Source of the DNA: Emiliania huxleyi CCMP1516
Lineage: Eukaryota
Assembly (NCBI RefSeq): GCF_000372725.1
Contig: NW_005202428.1
Coordinates: 707,221-771,220 of the forward strand
Length of the DNA stretch: 64,000 nt
Reading direction: 5' to 3'
A program made the position numbers and the translations under genes. The notes beneath the pieces were generated by a model that saw only the letters and a program-made list of their open reading frames with translations, searched no databases and was not told the origin of the DNA. This document shows, piece by piece, positions 23,898 to 32,339 of this stretch (position 1 is its first letter; every line of letters begins with the position of its first letter).

Positions 23898-24800
23898 ATG
23901 CCTCCGAGCAGCAGGCTCTCCCCGCGGCTGCGCCTGCTCCTCGCGCTCGCGCTCTGTGCCCCCGCTGCCGCCCTCCTCCCCGCGGCGGCGGCCGCCGCCG
24001 CCGGGGCCAAGCTGGCCGCCTTGCTGCACGGGGCAGGGCACGTCGCCAGCGCTTCCGCTCCCGCTCTCGTGCAGTCGCTGACGACCCCGAGCAGCGCGGT
24101 TGCTGCCACTCAAGCGTCGCTCGCGGGCGTTGCGGTCACCGGTGCTGCCACCAGCCTGAATGCCGTCTCGCCAGAGGTTATCACCGACGAGCTCAAGGGC
24201 TCGCCGAAGCCGCACCTGCGCGCTGTCGGCTCCATCCTCGCCGTCGAGTGGAAGCGGCTGGCGCGCGCCTTCGAGAAGGACCCGCTCAGCCTGCCCGAGC
24301 GGACACAGGAGCGCGCGCCCATCATCACTTGGGCCATCGACCTCTGGGCGAGGTCCGAGTTGCCGAGCTGGCACCCGTGGCACAGCTCGCGGTGGCACAG
24401 CGCGCGGGCGCCGGAGCTGCCCGACGGCGCACCGCGCGCGCCCACCATCTGGGCGTCGCTCCGCGCGCTCGAGCGCGAGCTCGCCTCGCAGGTCTGGCTC
24501 GGGCTGTCGACGGCGCCCCTCCGCGTACTGCGGCTGCTCCGTTCTGCGCTGCTCGTCACCGTGGTGGCGCTCGTGGCCCAAGTGCGGCTGCCCGGCTTCG
24601 GCTACTTCCGCCGCCGGCTCACCACCGCCTGGCCGCGCTTGGTCGATCACCTCGCCGAGACTCTGGACCGCAACTTCGAGAGTGACCCGGACAAGGCGAT
24701 GCGGACCGAGTCCTTCGAGCGGCCAGCAACGGCGCACGGGGTCCACTACGTGGAGGTCGGGGCTCGGGGGCAGCGCATACGGCGGCTCCGACTCGCGTGA
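23898..24800 (+). CDS. Hypothetical protein with signal peptide and a hydrophobic segment
   Basis: MPPSSRLSPRLRLLLALALCAPAAA N-terminus and LLRSALLVTVVALVA. An AT-rich 3' region follows the stop. Confidence 0.55.
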   Translation: MPPSSRLSPRLRLLLALALCAPAAALLPAAAAAAAGAKLAALLHGAGHVASASAPALVQSLTTPSSAVAATQASLAGVAVTGAATSLNAVSPEVITDELKGSPKPHLRAVGSILAVEWKRLARAFEKDPLSLPERTQERAPIITWAIDLWARSELPSWHPWHSSRWHSARAPELPDGAPRAPTIWASLRALERELASQVWLGLSTAPLRVLRLLRSALLVTVVALVAQVRLPGFGYFRRRLTTAWPRLVDHLAETLDRNFESDPDKAMRTESFERPATAHGVHYVEVGARGQRIRRLRLA

Positions 24801-25369
24801 GCCCGCCCGGTGGACAGGCGGGCGGGGCCTCTTGAGAGGTGGAGCGGGACTGCGGGAGGGGCGCGATGACTCTCGATTGTTTTCAGCAGGAGGGTCTGAT
24901 TTTTTCGTTGAGAGTGTATTTATTTATTAAGATGATTTGAGTGTATTGATCGTCGCTTGTTGAGCCCTTCCCTTTTTATCGGGCACGGGACAACTTGTCA
25001 CCATAACACACACAGGACAGGTCATCTGCTCATCTCACATTAGCACATACGGCTTTTTATGACATCTCGAGATGACAGATGAGTCGATCGGGACGGCCGC
25101 GTCTCTCACGATGGAATCTCTCACACAGGCTGTGAGCACTCGCTTGCTTTTTTTCGCTCCAGTCCTGCGGATCTTCATAGTACTTAGTAGACCGGAGGGC
25201 TACGAAGTCTTCACACTCCAAGGGGCTGGGCTGTGTCCTGTGAGGCACTGTGCGACGACCTGTGTGCGCGTCCAGGCCGAGACGCGAGAGGGCGAGACGG
25301 AGTGCTCAGTGCTGTGCTGGAGGGGGGAACAGGAGTCAGAACCGGCCGATCGCGACGCCGAGCAGGGAA

Positions 25370-26194
25370 CTAGTGTGAAGCGCGAACGCTCCGTCCTTCG
25401 CGTTGCTCCAGTCTCGCGCCGATGCGGCGGTGCGGCCCGCCTCCTCGCGCAGGGCTCATCCCTCGACTTCGACGGCTGCTCGTCGTGAGATTGCGGCCGT
25501 CGCCATCCAACGAGGCTGGTACCATTCTGGGTACGACCTCGGCGCAGTAACACAAGGACTCGCCACCCCCCTGCGAGGGCGGGCCGAGGCGGGCGGGCCG
25601 AGGCGGAGTCGCCCTCTGCTCTTTCTTCGGCGGAACTCGGTAGCAGAGGCGCGGCGGGATTCGACGTGCGCGATCCATTGCTGGTGAAGTGCCAAACGCC
25701 ACTGAGGAAGCACGGGCGCATCCGGGACGTGTGGTATGCATGTTGGAGGCCGGCTGCGACGCACGGGTAGGGTGGCACGGGCTCTTCGGGCCTCGCACGT
25801 TGAAATCTCTCAGCTCCCGTTCCAGCGCGGCTATCTGCTCGTCCCGCGCCCTCTGGACGGATTCGCTGCTCTGCAGGATTGTTGCCACCTGTAGCTGCGC
25901 CGTCTGCAGCAGATCAGTCACCTTTGACTCAGACGCCGCTGCCTCGCACTGCAAAATCTGGATAGCCGCCTCGATCGCGTGGCATTCGACCGCAGTTTGG
26001 CCCATTCCAGTACAGCGTGCAAGCTCGGCCTCGAGATTCTGAAGCTCTGTCGCAAGGAGGTGATGCACAATGGTGCGGTCCATGTGGAGCTGTGCTGCAC
26101 AGGTGGCGAGCATGGGGGGCATGTGGAGCTGTGCTGCACAGGTGGCGAGCATGGGGGGCCCCCGCCCCGGGACTTTCGGACGTGCGAGTTCCAA
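25370..26194 (-). CDS. Hypothetical coiled-coil ORF with a 39-bp internal duplication
   Basis: PPMLATCAAQLHM occurs twice (~26081-26159), followed by a helical segment LQNLEAELAR...IAALERELRD. No recognised family. Confidence 0.25.
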   Translation of the reverse strand: MELARPKVPGRGPPMLATCAAQLHMPPMLATCAAQLHMDRTIVHHLLATELQNLEAELARCTGMGQTAVECHAIEAAIQILQCEAAASESKVTDLLQTAQLQVATILQSSESVQRARDEQIAALERELRDFNVRGPKSPCHPTRASQPASNMHTTRPGCARASSVAFGTSPAMDRARRIPPRLCYRVPPKKEQRATPPRPARLGPPSQGGGESLCYCAEVVPRMVPASLDGDGRNLTTSSRRSRGMSPARGGGPHRRIGARLEQREGRSVRASH

Positions 26195-27261
26195 CTTTCG
26201 ATGCGCACTGTTTCATCGACGTACTGTTCGGGCCATTAGGCGGCCGTCGGAACGAGCGAGCCGTCGTGACTACGTCGCTCCTTCCGCCGGAGAGTTCCTT
26301 GCGCGTTTCGACGCGTACCAGGTAAAAGAAAAGTTATTGCTCGAAGTCTAGCTCAAAAGAAAAGTAAAGAATCCAACGGCGCGGCGGCTGAGAAAGTGGC
26401 TGAAAGGTTGGTTAGAGCTCTAGTGCCATCCTTGACCGAATCAGATTTGCCTGGTGCGTCCCTCTCTCAGTGTATTTTAGCTTACAACTGGGAGAAAAGG
26501 GAGAGGGGGTTGTGTTCTTAGGGACTAGGCCCCTAGAAGGGCCCTACGCGCGGCGTGAGAGCTCGGAAGCGAGCTTTGCACGGCGATCGAGGATGGCGCG
26601 GTTCACCCCCCTCACCGAAGCGATGGAGATGCATGCGTTCAGCGTGGTGTGACACACAAATGAGAGGCGGGAGTGGGGAGGCTACGCGGTGCGGTCAACG
26701 CCCGAGCGTTGAGCCTTGCGCGCAAGGCGGTTGATCTTTGCAACTGCAGGCGGCGAGAAGCCGCCGCCGAATGTCTCGTGGAGAAGCAGGTTGAACTTGC
26801 GTTTCGTTTGGTGAAGATCCCATCATGGTAGTGGCCACGCTGTGACTTGACGTAGCCCTGCGCCGGTGGTGTGTATGTAGCTCTTACGTACATTCCCGGA
26901 GGAGGACTGCTGACGGGGTTTGCGATGAGGAGCGACCTTATGGGGGTTTCTCGGAGGTTAGTGCACCACCAACCGCCGAAGCGCAAGCCGGCTTGGAGCA
27001 AGAGAACTGCGACCTGGGTCGGTCTCTCCATACTCTATTTATATTACTGTTACTACACGGCGCTGCACCCCACATATGGTGTATGTAGCTCTTACGTACA
27101 TTTTTGAGTCGGAAAGGTATTTTCTTTTAGGTCCTGTGGGCACCCTAACGAGTACAGCTTAAAGAGTGCCCGGGGCTCCGTGTGAGGGCCCGTGAACATC
27201 TTTAGCTTGTGTGAGCCAGGAAAAATCTGGAAAAGGGTCGGCTTTGTCACCCGCGACTCAC

Positions 27262-27897
27262 TCACCTCCCCTTCTTGCTCGACCCGCTCCTCTCCTTCTT
27301 CCCTCCTGCGGTGGGCGTTGCCTCGTTTGTTGACTCGCCGCTCTGCGTGCCAAACTTTGAGGTCATGTACTCAGCGAATGGCGATAGCGGCACCTTCCAC
27401 GGCCGGGCCAGCTTCCCAACTGGCTCCTCGCCCATCAGGTGGACTTTGCAGAGGTTGTGCGTCAGCATGTTGATGGGCAGGTGGAAGGATTGCACAAATG
27501 GCGCGATCGAGGCCTTCCAACTGAAGCCAATCATCAAGGTCATTGGTATGCCCACCGCCGCCTGCTGGAGCAGCTTAAACCACTCGCGGCGGTCGTGCTC
27601 GGCGGCCGTCACCGTGTCGCCGGACGGGAGCGTCACCATTTCAGCGTCGCTCAGCCGTGCGATCCGGAAGTAGAGGCCGGCGTGGCAACCAATCATCAGC
27701 GAGGCCGACGTGGCGAAGAGAAGCTTGAGCAGCACAAGGTTTAGGGTGCCGTCCGAGCAATCGGGGTCGAGTATCAGCCAGACGACAATCAGTGCTGGGA
27801 CGATGAGTGGTATCAACACCGACGGGTTTTCTGGCATCGCTTTTGCTGCAGCATTTGTAATGTGCTCGACCGCGTTGTTGACGACCGGGCTCAACAT
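27262..27897 (-). CDS. PHO88: Pho88/SND3 family ER membrane protein
   Basis: VTAAEHDRREW...PFVQSFHLPINMLTHNLCKVHLMGEEPVGKLARPWK parallels Pho88 TVKEYDLKEI...PLFMQSISPVKSALEHNEVKIHLFGKPATGDLKRPFK. Confidence 0.78.
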   Translation of the reverse strand: MLSPVVNNAVEHITNAAAKAMPENPSVLIPLIVPALIVVWLILDPDCSDGTLNLVLLKLLFATSASLMIGCHAGLYFRIARLSDAEMVTLPSGDTVTAAEHDRREWFKLLQQAAVGIPMTLMIGFSWKASIAPFVQSFHLPINMLTHNLCKVHLMGEEPVGKLARPWKVPLSPFAEYMTSKFGTQSGESTNEATPTAGGKKERSGSSKKGR

Positions 27898-28393
27898 GAC
27901 CTGAGCACGACTCTCTCGCGTCGAGCCCCCCGCCGCCGTGCGATTTTACTTACGATGCATTATTTTGGAGGCAAAATTCCTTTCTTCCGTTTCTCACGCA
28001 AAAACAGGGCGAAGAGAGAAAAAGTCTTTTCCCAGGAAGGCAAATGGAAATGCGACGACGGCCTCTAGTGTGAGCTCTAGCTAGTGAGCTCATACGCACG
28101 CAGGCAGATCGCTACTATATACAATTAGTTAGGAGCCGACCGACCCTCGCATCCGGTGCTTGGTCCGTTTCTCTGCGTCTGAGTTGACGAGGGACTACGA
28201 CGAGAGACTAGGGAGAGAGGCAGACGGCCCCGAGACGCGAGAGGTCAAACTGGGAGACTGCTAGCACCACAATCCTTGTTCCTTAAAACGCTATAGGTAT
28301 CTCTGTGTACTGTGAGCTTCGCTTGTTTCTTATCAACCTATCTGTGAAGTAAGAGAGTCGGGCGCAATTAAATGCTCTGCGCGGCGACTTGCG

Positions 28394-29704
28394 CTAGGAA
28401 TCGAGGCGAGTGAACGACTCAAGGTCACTCAAGCTGCCGATGCGGTTCATACCGCTGGCGGGCCCGGTTCGCGCTCGCTGCCGGCTCGACATAACGTTCA
28501 GGACGTAGCGAGTGTAGCCCTTCACCGTGGCCCAGTCCAGCCGCCGCATCGCCGCTTGCCCAGTCTGCGCAATCCTTCGCGCGAGCGCTTCGTCCGAGCG
28601 GAGGCGCGCCATCACCGCAGGCAGGTCGGACGCGGTTTCCGCGTAGGCAAAGTGGGTGCCCGGGGTGAGGATCGCCTCGTAGAACTCGTGCGGGATCGCC
28701 TTTGCAGCGCCGATGCCCACGTAGATGACTGTGGAGCCGCAGAGCAGGAGGTACTTGAGCCGGTTGGAGTAGCCTGAGGACCGCAAGGCCCAAACACTTG
28801 GAGAGTGCAAGCTGGCGGGCGTGGTGGGTGGGTGAGTATCGGCGGCGCCGTTGGCGAGGCCGAGAAAGTGCACCAGATACTTGTGCCTGCAGTGCTCCTC
28901 GAGCGGGACGGTGCCGCCGCGCTGGCCCCACTTGCGCATACTGAAGTTGAGGCCGAGGTGAGGGTCGGAGGCGAGCGATTTGCCCTGTTGCCTGCTTCCC
29001 TCCCAGAGGGTCCCGGCGAACAGCGCTGTGTCCATGCGCCCCGTCCACGGATTGGCTGTCGCCGCGGCGAGCATGCGCACCCTCATAACTTCCCAGTGTT
29101 CGGTCCACCGCGAGGCGAACCCCACCGGGTCGAAGGAGTAGTCTGGGAGCGGGATGTTCTGGCACCGCGGCGGCGTGCCCTCGTAGGCGTGGCTAAAGAC
29201 GGGGAGGCAGCCCCCGTCGGGCCGCGCCAACTCGAGCGGGATGCGTGCGTGATCTCCCGTGGCAAAGACAAAGTCCACCTCCGGCAGCGGAGCGATCTCG
29301 TGAAGCTCGAGCAGCTGGCGCAGCAGGTGCAAGCTGCGTAAGTCACCGACCCGCCTCCCGCAGGGCACGACCATGAGGGCGAACATAGTGCCGTTTGCTA
29401 CCTGGATTCGGTATGCAGGGAACTGCGAATATAATCCGCCACGTTGGCGCGCCTCCTGCTGGATGCGCCTCGCGACTAGCTCGGTGGACTCCTCATCTAA
29501 AGTCTTGTCGTCGATGAAACGCGCCGCTGCCGCCGCCAAATCGGCAGGCAGACTCACGAAGCTCGGGCGCGCAATGTGCGTGTGCGTGTGCGTGTGCGTG
29601 TGCGTGTGCGAGCCGCCCTGAACGCCACGAGCGCGCCGCGAGCGCCGTAGCGCCGGCGAGCGCCGTCGGCAGCGCGCGACCGCCACCCAAAAGCGGAGGT
29701 ACAT
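28394..29704 (-). CDS. Glycosyltransferase family 90 (CAP10/POGLUT-like); start uncertain
   Basis: LPEVDFVFATGD, IPLPDYSF, PWTGRMDTALFAG, VPLEEHCRHKYLV, YSNRLKYLLLCGSTV, EFYEAILTPGTHF and ARRIAQTGQ. GC-AG intron at 28848-28774. Confidence 0.85.
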   Translation of the reverse strand: MYLRFWVAVARCRRRSPALRRSRRARGVQGGSHTHTHTHTHTHIARPSFVSLPADLAAAAARFIDDKTLDEESTELVARRIQQEARQRGGLYSQFPAYRIQVANGTMFALMVVPCGRRVGDLRSLHLLRQLLELHEIAPLPEVDFVFATGDHARIPLELARPDGGCLPVFSHAYEGTPPRCQNIPLPDYSFDPVGFASRWTEHWEVMRVRMLAAATANPWTGRMDTALFAGTLWEGSRQQGKSLASDPHLGLNFSMRKWGQRGGTVPLEEHCRHKYLVHFLGLANGAADTHPPTTPASLHSPSVWALRSSGYSNRLKYLLLCGSTVIYVGIGAAKAIPHEFYEAILTPGTHFAYAETASDLPAVMARLRSDEALARRIAQTGQAAMRRLDWATVKGYTRYVLNVMSSRQRARTGPASGMNRIGSLSDLESFTRLDS

Positions 29705-30147
29705 CAGGAGCCGCAGCCGGCCTGCTCTTTCAGCCCCGCAGCCGCGGTGGCGCGACCGGACCGTGGTCGCTCCAGGCGCCTTTTGGCCCCGGTTCGAATC
29801 GCGGTTGGCGCGCGCCCTCGCGGAGCGACGCGTGGCGCGCGACGCGCGCGCGTGCGCGTGCGCGCCCAGCCGAGCCCTAGGCCGTATGCCGTCTGCCGTC
29901 GGCCGTCGGCCGTCGGCCGTCGGCCGTCGGCCGTCGGCCGCCGCCGCCGCCGTAGCGGCGGCGAGCGCTCGCCTTTTGCGCGACGCGCAGTGTGGACGCG
30001 CGCCACCCAGCGCCGGACGTGCCGGAGCCGGTCCGGCGCGCGCGCGGGCGGCCAGCGCCTGTAAACAGACAGCTGCCGCCCACACGTTCAAAGGTGCTCG
30101 TTTTAGGGATGGACGGACGAGGTTGTAAAAAGTGGTTAAATTTTCGT

Positions 30148-30326
30148 GGCTCCGGTGGTGTGCCGGTGATAGTACTAGCACGCGCCAGTTCGCACCTGTG
30201 TCGAGCCTGTCTGCTGTGAGAGAGAGTTCTTTTGTTTAAATTCTTTTTCGTGGTATGTCTAGATACCGTTTGTATCGCGCGCCTTGCGGGGCAGTGCGCG
30301 CGCCAGTCCCGTGCCTAGTGAGAGAG
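30148..30326 (+). repeat. Two copies of the dispersed gcgccagt...gtgagagag+T-rich module
   Basis: 30148-30240 matches the reverse complement of ~57966-58058 and ~58162-58221. 30292-30326 matches ~8426-8460 and the reverse complement of ~58089-58133. Confidence 0.8.
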
Positions 30327-30345
30327 ATTCGTGGTGTGGGGCGAG

Positions 30346-31527
30346 ATGTCGTCGCGTCGCGCGCAGACGACGCCGTTCAACTGCGGTATCTGCCTCTCCG
30401 TTCCCGATGAGCAGGTGCACCAGTGTCGCAACGGCCACCTGTTCTGCGCGGGCTGTCTGGTCACACATCGTCAAAACTCCAACAAGTGCCCGCAGTGCCG
30501 TGTCGTGCTGCCAGACGAGCCTATCCGCTGCCTCCTCGCCGAGCAGTCCATCGCTGCCCAGTCGAGTGCATGCCCGCACTGCAATGCACCAATGACTCGT
30601 GGCGAAATTGCGGGGCACGTCGAGCGCTGCCCGCAGCGTCCCGACACCTGCAGCGCGGCGGCTTGCACGTGGCGCGGAACCGCAGCGGAGCGCGAGGCGC
30701 ACGAGCAGGCGTGCGCCCACGTGGTGTGCAGCCGAATGCTCAAGGAGCGGGATGAGCACTGGCAGGCCGAGATCACCACGCTGCAGGAGTCGATCGCCAA
30801 CATACACAAGGAACACGAGAAGCGACGCCTCGAGGAGCACTGCCTCTCCGCCTACCGCGATTGTGCACGGCACCCGCCGGGGCCGGACTTCCGCGTCAAA
30901 ATCGTCAAGCCGGATGCTGACATGCGGGATGCCGGATTTAACTCCGGGCCCATGGCAGATGGCAGCATGCGCCGGCTGCTTTGTCAGATCCCTGGGCCTC
31001 CGGGCACCGACTGGGCCGGCGGCTGCTTTCCGCTCCTCGTCGACTTGGGAGGCTACCCGACCAAGCCACCCGATTGCCACTTCCCCGCACGCGAAGGGCC
31101 CAGCCTGCTGCAGAGGCCACTGACCAAGAGTGCAAAGGTGCTGGCCCTCCCCACAGCCCAGCGGGATTGCCACGGCAATGGGTTCATGCACAACAACGTG
31201 TACCCCTCTGGCAAAGTCTGCCTGTCCACGCTGACACCCGTCCACGAGAGCGGATGGCACCCGTCCTTCACCGTTGCCGAGATCCTCCTCAGCGTGCAGC
31301 GCCTGCTCAACGACCCGAACAACGACAGCCCGGCGCAGTGGCTGCCCTACCAGCTCTACAAGCTCGCACGCAAGGAGCACGACAGGCGCGTCTGCGCGCA
31401 GGCAGCGCGATACACCGCGGCGGCATTCCAGGATCTGGTCCAGCGTCACTGCCTCCGAGCGCCTTTCGGCGTCGAAGGTTGGACGGCGGATGGGCAGCAC
31501 CGCATCGTGCGCGGCCTGGGTGGCTAG
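30346..31527 (+). CDS. Intronless RING + TRAF-type zinc finger + coiled coil + Ubc9-like E2 fusion protein
   Basis: RING: CGIC...CRNGHLFCAGC...CPQCR. Zinc fingers: CPHC...HVERCPQRPDTC...C...HEQAC. E2: CQIPGPPGTDWAGG, YPTKPP, HNNVYPSGKVCLSTL, WHPSFTVAEILLSVQRLLNDPN..PAQ and RVCAQAARY. Confidence 0.87.
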   Translation: MSSRRAQTTPFNCGICLSVPDEQVHQCRNGHLFCAGCLVTHRQNSNKCPQCRVVLPDEPIRCLLAEQSIAAQSSACPHCNAPMTRGEIAGHVERCPQRPDTCSAAACTWRGTAAEREAHEQACAHVVCSRMLKERDEHWQAEITTLQESIANIHKEHEKRRLEEHCLSAYRDCARHPPGPDFRVKIVKPDADMRDAGFNSGPMADGSMRRLLCQIPGPPGTDWAGGCFPLLVDLGGYPTKPPDCHFPAREGPSLLQRPLTKSAKVLALPTAQRDCHGNGFMHNNVYPSGKVCLSTLTPVHESGWHPSFTVAEILLSVQRLLNDPNNDSPAQWLPYQLYKLARKEHDRRVCAQAARYTAAAFQDLVQRHCLRAPFGVEGWTADGQHRIVRGLGG

Positions 31528-32339
31528 ACATGCACATGATACATAAATGAATAAAACGGACCTCCCAAGCGCGCTCATTCTTTTTATCGGACAACCTTCT
31601 CGGGTCCGTTGGCCTCTTTCGTAGGGAAGAATTTTGATACCCGTCAAGACGCCTGCTGGGGGCAGCTTCGCGATGAAGCCGTCTGCTCCCCCCAGCAAGG
31701 CACACACAAGACAGATAGGAGGAGAAAGGGGATGGTGGTGGGTTCGACGAGGCGAGAGAGCGCGCACAGACTGACGTCAGCTACGCTCCTGAAGGACACC
31801 TCTGAAAGGCACCTTCGTCTGAGGACGGCGTCTGAAGACGACGGCCTCTGGTCAGATTCGGTCTCGTCGCTAGACTCCGATTTCTCTTTGTCAGGCCATG
31901 TGCCGCTCGCTCGTCCGCCCAAGTGACTTGGACGCGCGGTCGAGGGCACCCCACCGTTCCTGGGGCGCGCTGGCGCTCACCGCTGGCGCTCACCAGCGGT
32001 CACCCCCCACCCATCCACCCTTTTGTCTTTGAGGCTGTCGCTCCGAGAAAACTTGTCTCGCAGCTGCGAGAAATTACCTTCTCGGGTCCGTTGGCCTCTT
32101 TCGTAGGGAAGAATTTTGATACCCGTCAAGACGCCTGCTGGGGGCAGCTTCGCGATGAAGCCGTCTGCTCCCCACTTGTCAACAGCAGGCGCTGGCGCCA
32201 TCAACGTATCAACGTTCCTCCCACATGATGTTGACAGGGTGGGCGGGTGGTCCATCCATTTGCTCCAAGGTAATCGCAAGCAGACCGCATGGCTTGGCTG
32301 CGACGGCGACTGACAGAACTGCGAGAACTGCGACGGCGA

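Noticed and set aside
30259..31767. 502-aa minus-strand ORF and similar antisense ORFs (e.g. 44767-46617, 6287-7567)
   Set aside because: These are shadow ORFs opposite genuine high-GC genes.
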